Assembly: GCA_041659785.1 (NCBI GenBank)
Contig: JBAZXO010000002.1
Location: forward strand, 55,479-119,478
Reading direction: 5' to 3'
From: Minisyncoccota bacterium
GTDB lineage: Bacteria; Patescibacteriota; Minisyncoccia; Phycocordibacterales; UBA9973
Length of the DNA stretch: 64,000 nt
Shown: piece after piece, positions 28,070 through 37,322 of the stretch
Numbering within the stretch: position 1 is the first letter of the stretch
Layout of the letters: every line of letters starts with the position of its first letter
Notes under the pieces: generated by a model
The model's database searches: none
What the model saw: only the letters and a program-made list of their open reading frames with translations
Told to the model about the DNA's origin: nothing
Translations under genes and position numbers: made by a program

Positions 28070-28585
28070 ATGGTAAAGACAATGATTAATTCACAAATTG
28101 AAACAACTGCAGAAATAAATAATTTAATTAAAGATATCAAATACCCAATTACTTTAAGTACGCTTATTCAATTAAGAGACTTAATATATTCAAAAATTAA
28201 AATACACACATATGATGATTCCACAAAAGAGCATGAAAAATCAATAAGATGGAAAAGAACAGCTGCTGAAATCATCAAAGATGGATATGTATATAGTGGT
28301 AAGGCTTGTACAGATTTAACTGTACTATTTATCGCTTTATGCAGAGCACTTGGACTAGATACAAATTTTGTGAAAGTTAAAAAAGAAAATTCAGTTCATT
28401 CTGTTGCAGAAATAAAATTAGATAATGGTTGGTACATTTTTGATGTTTCAAATATAAACAATATTCCAATAAACGGGATCATCACAGAGAATACACCATA
28501 TAAAGATTGGCAGTTATGGAAAAAAGGAAGAGATGCTTGGGATTTAGGGCTTAGTGAGCTTAAAGATATTGATAAGATTTTTTAA
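28070..28585 (+). CDS. Transglutaminase-like cysteine-protease-fold protein
   Basis: GKACTDLTVLFIALCRALG (Cys), HSVAEIKLDNGWYIFD (His/Asp), arranged as in the TGase core. Confidence 0.55.
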   Translation: MVKTMINSQIETTAEINNLIKDIKYPITLSTLIQLRDLIYSKIKIHTYDDSTKEHEKSIRWKRTAAEIIKDGYVYSGKACTDLTVLFIALCRALGLDTNFVKVKKENSVHSVAEIKLDNGWYIFDVSNINNIPINGIITENTPYKDWQLWKKGRDAWDLGLSELKDIDKIF

Positions 28586-28594
28586 ATTAAGTGT

Positions 28595-28677
28595 GCGAGC
28601 TTGCCCGGTTAGTAGAACTTGGCAATGCGCAAAGCGCGTCTTTTAAAGACTTTGCCAAGTCTCACTACCGGGCTTGC
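28595..28677. other. Long imperfect inverted repeat (~27-nt arms) enclosing two small GC hairpins (gcgc-aaa-gcgc; gtcttt-taa-agac); structured RNA or terminator
   Basis: Read directly. Confidence 0.3.
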
Positions 28678-28790
28678 TACAAAAAATTAACATGCTATGA
28701 TGAACTAGTTAAAAGTTATCAAGTTCCTAAAGTTATAAAGAGAAATACTTTACAAACTTTATAACATTATAAACTTTAAGAACTAAATTC

Positions 28791-29147
28791 ATGTTAGATA
28801 AGAAAAAAATTAAAGAGAAATTAGAAAAAGAGAGAGACCTTTTATTAGAACAGATGAAAGGTATGGGTAAATTTGATAAAGAAACAGGTGAATGGGAAAC
28901 TACGCCTGAGGAATTGGAGTTTCCAGAGTCAGATGAGAATGATAAAGCTGACCGCTTTGAAGACTTTGAAGCAAGAACTTCCACAATGAGAACCCTTGAA
29001 CCTAGACTTAATAATATTTTGAAGGCTTTGAAAGGAATAAACAGAGAGTCATTCGGTAAATGTGAAGTTTGTAAAAAGGATATTGAGATGACCCGCTTGG
29101 AAGCAAATCCCGCTGCCCGAACCTGTAAAAAACATTTAGAAAGTTAA
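28791..29147 (+). CDS. DksA/TraR-family C4 zinc-finger protein
   Basis: Coiled-coil N-terminus. C-terminal CEVCKKDI...ARTCKKH zinc ribbon. Confidence 0.7.
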   Translation: MLDKKKIKEKLEKERDLLLEQMKGMGKFDKETGEWETTPEELEFPESDENDKADRFEDFEARTSTMRTLEPRLNNILKALKGINRESFGKCEVCKKDIEMTRLEANPAARTCKKHLES

Positions 29148-29150
29148 CAT

Positions 29151-29243
29151 AATCACAAAAATTCAAAAAATTTTGGCGCCTTCGCCCTCGGAGACATAGT
29201 GCAGGTGACCCACGACGCTTTAAATTTTTTAATTTTTGTGATT
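29151..29243. repeat. Palindromic element (TIRs aatcacaaaaattcaaaaaatttt and aaattttttaatttttgtgatt) with a GC-rich core ggcgccttcgccctcggagaca...
   Basis: Read directly. The aaaatttt termini and the ccctcgg core resemble family A. Confidence 0.35.
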
Positions 29244-29257
29244 TAAAAGCAATCATT

Positions 29258-30877
29258 ATGAGTTTTGCAAAAGTCTACTCTGCACAAGTTAATTTACTTA
29301 AGGGTTCTATCGTGACAATTGAAGTGGACCTCTCGCGAGGTCTTCATTCTTTTAGTTTGGTTGGTCTGCCTGATAAAGCGGTGGATGAGTCTAAAGACAG
29401 AGTAAGCGGAGCGATAAAGAATTCTGGTTTTAAGTCACCGAAAGCAAAAAATCAAAAGATAATCGTCTCACTTTCACCAGCTGATTTAAAAAAAGAAGGA
29501 CCATTTTTTGATCTTGGGATTGCACTATCTTATATGCTCGCCGCAGGAGATGTGAAGTTTGATTCAGAGAAAAAGATTTTCTTAGGAGAACTTGGGCTCG
29601 ATGGCACTCTGCGTAGAATTCGTGGAGCATTGCCTCTCGCCCAAGAAGCGAAGAGGCTTGGCTTCGAAGAAATATATTTACCAAAAGAGAATGCAGTCGA
29701 GGCGGCACTCGTGGAGGGCGTCACAATTTTCGGAGCAAATAGTTTAAAAGAAGTTGTTGAGCACCTCAGTTTCCGTGAGTCTAGCAAAATTTCTTCGGGT
29801 CCTCGGTCCTCCGGGGCCCCACACCCCGGCCAGACCACTCAGAAATTTTCTAGTCTCACGGAAACCGGGAAGCTTATTTTGTCTCAGCCACAAACTAAAA
29901 TAAATTATAAAAAAGAAGTTTCACGCACAGACTTTTCTGATATTCGTGGACAAGAAGGAGCAAAACGAGGACTGGAGATTGCAGCAGCTGGCGGGCACAA
30001 TATTGCTATGTACGGTCCGCCAGGCACAGGCAAGACGATGCTTGCACGAGCATTCTCACAACTTCTGCCAGATTTAAATATTGAAGAAGTGTTAGAGATT
30101 ACAGGTATCCATTCTGTGGCGGGGAGTACAATGGGGGAGCTCGTTTGTTTTGCTCCATTTCGAGCGCCACACCACACGTCGTCTTATGTCTCTATCATTG
30201 GTGGAGGAACATACCCAAAGCCAGGGGAAGTGACCCTCGCGCATCGCGGGGTTTTATTTTTAGACGAATTTCCAGAATTTGAAAAGAGAGTTATCGAATC
30301 TTTGCGTCAGCCCCTCGAAGACAACATCGTCTCGATCTCTCGCGCTAAAGGCACAGCCGTATTTCCTTCAAATTTTATTTTAGTAGCAGCGATGAACCCT
30401 TGCCCTTGCGGGAATGCGACTTCAAAACAAAAAGCCTGCATTTGCAAACCTTCAGACCTGGATAGATATAAAAGAAAACTTTCTGGTCCAATAATTGACC
30501 GTATTGATCTATGGGTTTCCGTAGGGAATGTGGATTATAAAAAGTTGGGAGGGGAGGGCAACGGAGAGAAGAGTGAGAAGATAAAAGAGAGAGTTACAAA
30601 AGCGCGAGAAATTCAAAAAGATAGATTTAAAAAATTTGGAAAGAGCATAATTACAAATAGCGAAATGAATGTGAAAGATTTAGGAGCGATGATAAACCTC
30701 TCTGGCAAGGTGCGAGACTTATTGGATGACAGCGCAGAGCGTTTATCACTGTCGGCTCGTGCGTATCATCGAGTTATTAAAATAGCTCAAACTATCGCAG
30801 ATCTGGAATCTTCTCCCAATATCGAAGAACACCATATTCTAGAAGCCATACAATATAGGCCTAAAGTTAATAATTAA
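29258..30877 (+). CDS. comM: YifB/ComM Mg-chelatase-like AAA+ ATPase
   Basis: N-terminal Lon-like domain. Walker A MYGPPGTGKTML. C-terminal ChlI-type domain. Confidence 0.9.
   Translation: MSFAKVYSAQVNLLKGSIVTIEVDLSRGLHSFSLVGLPDKAVDESKDRVSGAIKNSGFKSPKAKNQKIIVSLSPADLKKEGPFFDLGIALSYMLAAGDVKFDSEKKIFLGELGLDGTLRRIRGALPLAQEAKRLGFEEIYLPKENAVEAALVEGVTIFGANSLKEVVEHLSFRESSKISSGPRSSGAPHPGQTTQKFSSLTETGKLILSQPQTKINYKKEVSRTDFSDIRGQEGAKRGLEIAAAGGHNIAMYGPPGTGKTMLARAFSQLLPDLNIEEVLEITGIHSVAGSTMGELVCFAPFRAPHHTSSYVSIIGGGTYPKPGEVTLAHRGVLFLDEFPEFEKRVIESLRQPLEDNIVSISRAKGTAVFPSNFILVAAMNPCPCGNATSKQKACICKPSDLDRYKRKLSGPIIDRIDLWVSVGNVDYKKLGGEGNGEKSEKIKERVTKAREIQKDRFKKFGKSIITNSEMNVKDLGAMINLSGKVRDLLDDSAERLSLSARAYHRVIKIAQTIADLESSPNIEEHHILEAIQYRPKVNN
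29772..29862. repeat. Family-A palindromic element inserted in-frame inside comM (encodes ...FRESSKISSGPRSSGAPHPGQTTQKFSSLTETG...)
   Basis: TIRs tccgtgagtctagcaaaatttct and agaaattttctagtctcacgga. Core cgggtcctcggtcctccggggccccacaccccggccagacc aligns with the 7658 copy. Confidence 0.5.
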
Positions 30878-30896
30878 GTTATCCACAGGTAGTGTG

Positions 30897-30926
30897 TTGA
30901 CAGGTGAACGCTCGTTCACTTATACT
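30897..30926 (+). promoter_or_regulatory. lexA-operon promoter (TTGACA-17-TATACT) with a Cheo-type LexA box tGAACgctcGTTCa (30905..30918) in the spacer
   Basis: Read directly; the GAAC-N4-GTTC palindrome is perfect. Confidence 0.6.
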
Positions 30927-30944
30927 ATTTAGGTAGGTCGTTTA

Positions 30945-31005
30945 AATACCCCTACCCAGCCTCCCCCTATGTAGGGGGAGGTGCCAAAGGCGGAGGGGGA
31001 AAATT
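30945..31005. repeat. Family-B GC palindromic element (aatacccc...cctccccctatgtagggggagg...tgccaaaggcggagggggaaaatt) in the 5' UTR of the lexA operon
   Basis: The 22-nt perfect hairpin at 30960..30981 is identical to 58957..58978. Confidence 0.5.
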
Positions 31006-31027
31006 ATTAAAGTAAATTAAAAATTTT

Positions 31028-31234
31028 ATGTCACAATCACAATATTTAAAAATGTTAGAAAGGGAGATACAAAAGATCAATAAGAAAATTGACTTAAAGA
31101 TTTTAGAAGGAGCAAAGTATGCCAAAGAGGCTAGAGAGCATAAATTACTCTTGAGGAAAGTTCGTTATCATACTAGAAGGAGTTTCTTTAGTAGATTTTT
31201 TCCCACATTTTTTAACTCCAGACTTCAATTCTAA
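31028..31234 (+). CDS. Small hypothetical protein (68 aa, C-terminal hydrophobic/aromatic tail) co-transcribed with lexA
   Basis: Its stop abuts the lexA start (31234/31235). It is the first gene behind the LexA-box promoter. Confidence 0.45.
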   Translation: MSQSQYLKMLEREIQKINKKIDLKILEGAKYAKEAREHKLLLRKVRYHTRRSFFSRFFPTFFNSRLQF

Positions 31235-31801
31235 ATGAAAAATGTTTATCAAACAAAACTAGAATCTTTTTACGGCGACAACAAAAGGATGCCTACGTAT
31301 TCTGAGATGATGAAGCTCTTTGGTTTTAAATCAAAGAATGCCGTTTTTCGCGTGGTGGAGAAATTAATAGAAGCTGGACTCGTAGCAAAAGACCACTTGG
31401 GTAGACTTGTCCCAGCTGAAACTTTTGGAGAAGTACCAATGCTTGGTTTTGTAACTGCGGGGTTTCCAGCTACCGTAGAAGAAGAGTTAGCAGACACTAT
31501 AAAATTAGACGATCTTTTAATAAAAAATAAATCTTTAACATATATGCTCGAAGTCGATGGTGACTCTATGATCGATGCTCACATCGAGCGGGGAGACATG
31601 GTGCTCGTAGAGAAGGCAACTGTCGCGAAAGATGGGCAGATAGTCATAGCTGAAGTAGATGGAGAGTTTACGATGAAATATTTTCGTAAAGATGGAGCAA
31701 AGGTCTGGCTCGAACCAGCTAATAAAAAATATAAACCAATCTATCCAGAACACTCTTTAAATATAAATGCAGTTTTAAAAGCAGTAATAAGAAAATATTA
31801 A
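31235..31801 (+). CDS. lexA: LexA repressor
   Basis: wHTH N-terminus. Ala-Gly cleavage site (VTAGFPA). S24 peptidase motifs VDGDSM...GDMVLV...GEFTMKYF. Confidence 0.85.
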   Translation: MKNVYQTKLESFYGDNKRMPTYSEMMKLFGFKSKNAVFRVVEKLIEAGLVAKDHLGRLVPAETFGEVPMLGFVTAGFPATVEEELADTIKLDDLLIKNKSLTYMLEVDGDSMIDAHIERGDMVLVEKATVAKDGQIVIAEVDGEFTMKYFRKDGAKVWLEPANKKYKPIYPEHSLNINAVLKAVIRKY

Positions 31802-31804
31802 AAT

Positions 31805-31843
31805 AAACTAAAAAATCCCCCAGAAGGGGATTTTTTAGTTTAT
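31805..31843. terminator. Bidirectional terminator aaactaaaaaatcccc-cagaa-ggggattttttagttt
   Basis: Read directly. Confidence 0.6.
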
Positions 31844-31859
31844 CTCGAGATAAAATGAA

Positions 31860-32132
31860 TTAGGCAACCATGTCTTTCAAACCTTTTGCAGCTCGGAATT
31901 TTGGAACTTTCTTTGCAGCTACTTTTACTTGCTCTCCAGTCTTTGGATTGCGAGCCATTCTTGCAGCTCTTGCCTTTACAGAAAAGATACCAAAACCTGC
32001 GATTGAAACTTCACCTCCTTTTTTCAAAGTTCCGATGATAGCATCAAATATTGAGTCTACGATTTCCTCAGCTTGTACTTTTGTACCACCGAGCTTTCCA
32101 TGTACTAATTCAGCTAATGCTTGTTTATTCAT
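31860..32132 (-). CDS. hup: HU-family DNA-binding protein
   Basis: GFGIFSVKARAARMARNPKTGEQV arm motif. Confidence 0.9.
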   Translation of the reverse strand: MNKQALAELVHGKLGGTKVQAEEIVDSIFDAIIGTLKKGGEVSIAGFGIFSVKARAARMARNPKTGEQVKVAAKKVPKFRAAKGLKDMVA

Positions 32133-32292
32133 ATTTTTTTAAAATTAATATATTTTATAATCAGCTCGACCTGCCCCGCTAATAGCGGTAGCCATTTAAC
32201 CCTTATTTTTAATACCTATACATTATATATCAAGGGTTTTTTAAGGCAAGTGTTTGTATGTTTTAGAAAAATTGTTACAAATATTAACTTTT

Positions 32293-33822
32293 TTATCTAG
32301 CGTATTCAATAATTCTTGTTTCACGAATCATTGTGACCTTGATTTCTCCTGGATATTTGAGTTCTTGTTCAATTTTAATAGCAATATCACGAGCCATAAG
32401 CTTCGCTTCAGCATCAGAAATCTTTTCTGGGGTAACAAATATACGGATTTCACGTCCAGCTTGCAAGGCGTATGATTTTTCGACAGCAGGGAAGCCATTT
32501 ACTAAGGCTTCAAGCTCCTGGAGTCTCTTTAAGTAGTTCTCTACTGAGTCACGACGAGCTCCAGGGCGTCCGCCAGAGATGGCGTCAGCTGTCTGAACGA
32601 TAATTGATTCGATAGTTTCATAAGGATAATCTTCGTGGTGACTTTTCATTGCTGTAACGATACGTTCATCAGCGCCGAACTTCTGTAAGATACGCATACC
32701 TATTTCAATATGTGTACCTTGTACTTCGTGGTCGAGAGCTTTACCGATATCGTGTACCAACGCTCCAGCTTTCGCTATAGCAACGTCTGCGCCGAGTTCT
32801 TCAGCGAGCATTCCTGCTATGTGTGCCATCTCGATAGAGTGCTGTAGAACGTTTTGTCCATAACTTGTACGGAAATACAATCTTCCGATGATTGCGATGA
32901 TACGTGGATCGAAATTGAATATTCCACACTCGTAGACTGCCTGTTCACCTTTTTCTTTAATGATTTTATTTATTTCTTCTTTTGCCTTATCTACTAATTC
33001 TTCGATTTTAGCTGGTTGAATGCGTCCATCGAGAATTAAATTCTCAAGTGCGAGTCTTGCGACCTGTCTTCGAATAGGGTCAAATGAAGAGATAACGATT
33101 GAGCCAGGTGTATCATCCACAATGAGCTCAACTCCAGAAGCTCTTTCGAATGCTCGGATGTTTCGTCCTTCTTTTCCGATGATTTTACCCTTGATTTCGT
33201 TGTTGGGAATAGAAACCACTGTAGTCATGAGTTCAGACGCAGTACTTGAGGCTAGACGCTGAATAGAAGTAGCCAAAATGTCTTTTGCCCTACGGTCTAA
33301 CTTCTCCTCATTAGAATTCTCTAATTTTTGAATCCTAATTAAGATATCTTCCTCGTATTTTTTCTCGACATCTTTTAGAAGCTCTTCTTTTGCTTCTACC
33401 TCAGTCAACTTTGCCACTCTTTCCAACTCAACTATTTTTTCTGCTTCTATTTTTGATACTTTTTCTTGGATTCTTTTTATCTCTTCTACCTTGAGCTTTA
33501 TGCTCTCGACTTCTTTATTTACTTCAACTTGTCTTGAGTCTAGAAATTCGTCCTTTTTGATAAGTCTTTTTTCTGTCTCCTTAAATTCATTTTCTTTCTT
33601 TTTCTCTTCTTCTTTTAAATAAGCGAGCTGTTCTTCAGACTTCTTCTTTGCTTCGTCGGTTATTTTCTGTGCTTCTTCTTTTGCACCGACCATCATTTGC
33701 TTGATGTCTATTTCAATGGATCTTCTTTTCCCTAACGCGATGATTAAGCGAAGATAGTATCCTATCCCCACGCCTAAAAGGAGTACAGCGACTCCGAGTA
33801 GAATTATTATTGTTATACTCAT
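32293..33822 (-). CDS. rny: Ribonuclease Y
   Basis: N-terminal TM, coiled coil, KH domain, HD domain (HSIEMAHIAGMLAEELG...VHDIGKA). Confidence 0.9.
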   Translation of the reverse strand: MSITIIILLGVAVLLLGVGIGYYLRLIIALGKRRSIEIDIKQMMVGAKEEAQKITDEAKKKSEEQLAYLKEEEKKKENEFKETEKRLIKKDEFLDSRQVEVNKEVESIKLKVEEIKRIQEKVSKIEAEKIVELERVAKLTEVEAKEELLKDVEKKYEEDILIRIQKLENSNEEKLDRRAKDILATSIQRLASSTASELMTTVVSIPNNEIKGKIIGKEGRNIRAFERASGVELIVDDTPGSIVISSFDPIRRQVARLALENLILDGRIQPAKIEELVDKAKEEINKIIKEKGEQAVYECGIFNFDPRIIAIIGRLYFRTSYGQNVLQHSIEMAHIAGMLAEELGADVAIAKAGALVHDIGKALDHEVQGTHIEIGMRILQKFGADERIVTAMKSHHEDYPYETIESIIVQTADAISGGRPGARRDSVENYLKRLQELEALVNGFPAVEKSYALQAGREIRIFVTPEKISDAEAKLMARDIAIKIEQELKYPGEIKVTMIRETRIIEYAR

Positions 33823-34025
33823 AAGCTTTGAGCGAGCTTACAAGAACAAACCACTATATTTTTGGTTTTATTTCCTTGCTGGAAAAAACTCTAGTAAAGG
33901 TTTCCAAATTTTTCTTTAAAAACTTCATAATATATGGGATATTCCTGCGAACCAACTATAAATTAAACGAAATAAAAATTTTTAAAATTCAACGTTTAAA
34001 GTATAACAAACAAACGAGCATATGT

Positions 34026-34655
34026 CTAGTTGCTTTCTTTCTCTCCTTGGTTTTTAGATTTGGTCACTATTTCGTCAATAATGCCGTATTTTTTAGCCTC
34101 AATTGCATCCATAAAGAAATCCCTTTCTACGTCTTTTTCTAATTGTGCGAGAGATTTACCAGTATTTTTGGCGAGTAGTTTATTTAAATTGTCTCTTGTT
34201 TTCAAGATATGCCTTGCAGTGATCTCTATGTCTGTCGCTTGACCCTCTACTCCGCCGAGTGGCTGATGAATCATAACTTCAGCATTTGGAAGGATATAAC
34301 GTTTGCCTTTTTTACCAGCGGACAAGATGATAGCTGCACCCGAAGCGGCGAGCCCTACGCAAAAAGTAGAAATATCTGGACGAACGTGATTCATCGTGTC
34401 TACGATAGCCATCGTGGAGGTGACTGAACCACCAGGAGAATTTATATAAAGGAAGATGTCCTTTTTCGCATCTTCGGATTCAAGAAAGAGGAGCTGGGCA
34501 ATAACGATATTTGCAGTGTGGTCATCGATTGGTCCAGCTAAAAAGATAATACGTTCACGTAAAAGGCGAGAATATATATCATAAGCTCTCTCTCCAAACT
34601 GTGATTTTTCTATAACTGTAGGTATAAGCATACCCTTATAATATATCTTTTTCAT
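34026..34655 (-). CDS. clpP: ATP-dependent Clp protease proteolytic subunit
   Basis: [18 protein letters not shown] and MIHQPLGG catalytic motifs. Confidence 0.95.
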   Translation of the reverse strand: MKKIYYKGMLIPTVIEKSQFGERAYDIYSRLLRERIIFLAGPIDDHTANIVIAQLLFLESEDAKKDIFLYINSPGGSVTSTMAIVDTMNHVRPDISTFCVGLAASGAAIILSAGKKGKRYILPNAEVMIHQPLGGVEGQATDIEITARHILKTRDNLNKLLAKNTGKSLAQLEKDVERDFFMDAIEAKKYGIIDEIVTKSKNQGEKESN

Positions 34656-34749
34656 TATTTTTCAAGTTTCTAATATTTTGCTATCTTTTTTATGATTTCA
34701 GTATGTTATAATAAATCTATTATAAGTATGTTTTAAAAAATTTCATTTT

Positions 34750-35880
34750 ATGTCTATAAAAATATTCAATACTCTTAAAATATTTCTTTTATCCTTAATT
34801 GTTTTATTGAGTGCAGGATATATGTCTGTTACTGTTATTCATGCGCAAGTTGCTTCTCAGTCAATGCCTACTATCACTATTACTGCGCCCACAATAAATA
34901 GTATTTGGGATTTCGGAAATACTAAAACTATTGCTTGGCAAACAACAAAACTTTTAAGCAGTGTTAAGGGTCAAATATTCCTTACCAAAAAAGATGCAAC
35001 TTCTCTTACCAGTGGGGCCCTAACAAGATATCTTGTTGTAAATAATTTACCAAATACAGGAAGCTACGTGTGGAGCTCTGTAGGGAATGTGTATGCTCTC
35101 AATAAGAGTGGTTTTACTTCTTTAAACGAAACCTGCAATCAAACTATGCCTCCAGTAGAATGCTATACCATAGCGACAAAAATTCCTGCCGGAATTTACG
35201 TTATGAATATATGGTTTAGCGCTGACCCAGCAGATATTTTCCCTACTAACCCCCTTGGTCAATTCATTGTAAATGGCAGCCTCTCGAATATTGTGGGAAT
35301 GATGACTGTTGCTAGTCCTGGAGTGTCATTACAAATAGGAACCATTGTGGCCACAACTACTACTACCACAACAACTTCTACTACTCTGACTCCAGGATGT
35401 ACTGGAGGAAATTTATTTGACCCGATAACGGGTAAATCCTGTTCAGTCGTTACACTTCCTCAAGGTTGTAGAGTAGGGGACTTATTTAATGGTAAAACAG
35501 GTAAACCTTGTGTTGCAGGAGTAACTCCAATAAATCCAGTGACTCCAGGTTGTCCGGTGGGCGCACTTTATAATGGGATAACAGGTAAACCTTGTGTGGC
35601 AGGAGTACATTCAGTAACTAGCTCACAAAATATTTCAACAAATACGTCTACTTCTTATTACAATTTTGGTACTCTCATTTTAAAAAGAGGAAGTAGTGGG
35701 ATAGCAGTAACAGAACTTCAAAGATTCCTTAATGATAAAGAAAGTTTTAGTCTAGTATTAGATGGTAAATTTGGCCCAAAAACGCAAACAGCAGTAATAC
35801 AATTTCAACAACAAAATGGACTCAAGCCAGATGGGATTGCGGGACCAAAAACAAAAGCGAAAATGAATACTGTTCTTTAG
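34750..35880 (+). CDS. Secreted protein with a Thr-rich linker, three G-C-x-G-x-L-F/Y-x-G-x-TGK-x-C repeats and a C-terminal peptidoglycan-binding (PG_binding_1) domain
   Basis: Signal peptide, T9 linker, repeats PGCTGGNLFDPITGKSC / QGCRVGDLFNGKTGKPC / PGCPVGALYNGITGKPC, and SSGIAVTELQRFLN...DGKFGPKTQTAVIQFQQQNGLKPDGIAGPKT. Confidence 0.65.
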   Translation: MSIKIFNTLKIFLLSLIVLLSAGYMSVTVIHAQVASQSMPTITITAPTINSIWDFGNTKTIAWQTTKLLSSVKGQIFLTKKDATSLTSGALTRYLVVNNLPNTGSYVWSSVGNVYALNKSGFTSLNETCNQTMPPVECYTIATKIPAGIYVMNIWFSADPADIFPTNPLGQFIVNGSLSNIVGMMTVASPGVSLQIGTIVATTTTTTTTSTTLTPGCTGGNLFDPITGKSCSVVTLPQGCRVGDLFNGKTGKPCVAGVTPINPVTPGCPVGALYNGITGKPCVAGVHSVTSSQNISTNTSTSYYNFGTLILKRGSSGIAVTELQRFLNDKESFSLVLDGKFGPKTQTAVIQFQQQNGLKPDGIAGPKTKAKMNTVL

Positions 35881-35881
35881 A

Positions 35882-36946
35882 TTATTTTTGATTCTCTAGA
35901 AACTGAAAGATTTTCTCGTTAGTTAGAACATTTTCTGCATGCATTCGAGCTCTCTCGGGGTCGGCATCTTTGTAATGTTCTAATATAGCTGCGACTTCTC
36001 TCGCGATTTGTTCTTCATCTGCAGTTATTTTTTCTATTTTAGCTATTTCATTTAAGATCAGAGCAAATTTAGCTTTTTTCTCCGCATCCGTTCTGAATTC
36101 TTTCCTCAGATCCTCTACTGTTTTGTTTAAATGTTTTAGATAATCTTCAAATTTCAATCCCATCTGAGTGATATCAGATTCCATTTTATACAATATTTTA
36201 TCTAGCTCAATTTCAACTAAAATATTAGGTAAGTCTATCTCACTATCATCTATTATCTTTTCGATTATTTTTAATCGAGTTTTTTCTTTTAATTGATTTT
36301 CTTTTTCTAGTTTTATATTTTCTTTTAATTTAGCCTTGAAATCTGCCACATCCTTAAAGGGTCCCAAGCCTTTCACAAATTCATCATTGAATTCTGGAAG
36401 TTCTGGTTCTGGATGGACGTGTTCCTCACCCTCTTTGTGTTCATGCTCTTCCGCCATATGTATTTTCGGAGCACGGGATTTCCTGATATCCATTATGGTG
36501 TTTTCTAAGTCCTCGGGGGATACCTCAGTATTTTTTTCAGCGTCTGTTATTTTTGAGATTATTTTTTTAGCATCTTCTTTATAGTCTGGAAGCTTAATTG
36601 TGGGCAATATTGCAGTTTTGATTTTAAAACCTAAAGGATTCTTGCGTGCCAATTTTGTGATAGAAATTTCTGGACGACTTATTGCATCAATTTTTTCTTC
36701 TTCAATTATTTTAGTATAGTGTTCAGACAATGCCATTTCGGCCATCTCTTCCAAGATGCTGATTTCTGGTATTTTAGAAAGCAAAACATTCTCTGGCACT
36801 TTGCCTTTTCTAAAACCATCTATTTTTATATTTTCGCCGAGTTTTTTTAGCGCCTTTTCAAAATAAGATTCGAATACTTCGGAATCTATTTCTCCTTCTA
36901 TTTCCACTTCGCTTTTAGGTAGTTTTTTTACGTTTATTTTAGACAT
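35882..36946 (-). CDS. tig: Trigger factor (short form, apparently lacking the PPIase domain)
   Basis: N-terminal ribosome-binding motif GFRKGKVP. 354 aa against ~430 aa for the typical protein. Confidence 0.75.
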   Translation of the reverse strand: MSKINVKKLPKSEVEIEGEIDSEVFESYFEKALKKLGENIKIDGFRKGKVPENVLLSKIPEISILEEMAEMALSEHYTKIIEEEKIDAISRPEISITKLARKNPLGFKIKTAILPTIKLPDYKEDAKKIISKITDAEKNTEVSPEDLENTIMDIRKSRAPKIHMAEEHEHKEGEEHVHPEPELPEFNDEFVKGLGPFKDVADFKAKLKENIKLEKENQLKEKTRLKIIEKIIDDSEIDLPNILVEIELDKILYKMESDITQMGLKFEDYLKHLNKTVEDLRKEFRTDAEKKAKFALILNEIAKIEKITADEEQIAREVAAILEHYKDADPERARMHAENVLTNEKIFQFLENQK

Positions 36947-36981
36947 AGGTCTATACTATATTTAAGAGTGCCTTTTGTCAA

Positions 36982-37013
36982 AAAGCCCCGCCACTTGCAA
37001 GTGGCGGGGCTTT
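36982..37013. terminator. Hairpin aaagccccgccacttgcaagtggcggggcttt
   Basis: Perfect 11-bp GC stem, read directly. Confidence 0.6.
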
Positions 37014-37036
37014 AAGAAGAGAACCATGGAATGGTT

Positions 37037-37297
37037 TTATTTTATAGTTTTTACATCAACACCAACATTGGTATCTGTAGCGTTGATAGTTTTATCTAAA
37101 GCATTTAATGCATTTGTGTCCGCAGGTGTCACAGGACCTGATGGAATTTTATTTTGTTCAAGTGTGTTTTTTACTTTTGATTGCCAAATATATATTCCAC
37201 CAAGTATAAGGATAACAACAATAACGATTAATCCAACAAGGGCTCCATTTGATTTTTTTTCTGGTTCCATATTTTTTCCCCGCCGTAGCGTGGGCAA
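37037..37297 (-). CDS. Small membrane protein (hypothetical)
   Basis: Single TM helix ALVGLIVIVVILILGGIYIW. Confidence 0.4.
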   Translation of the reverse strand: MPTLRRGKNMEPEKKSNGALVGLIVIVVILILGGIYIWQSKVKNTLEQNKIPSGPVTPADTNALNALDKTINATDTNVGVDVKTIK

Positions 37298-37322
37298 GTA
37301 ATTTTATAATAGTTTTTAAAAC

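Noticed and set aside
31870-32142. 90-aa plus ORF
   Set aside because: Mirror frame of the HU gene.
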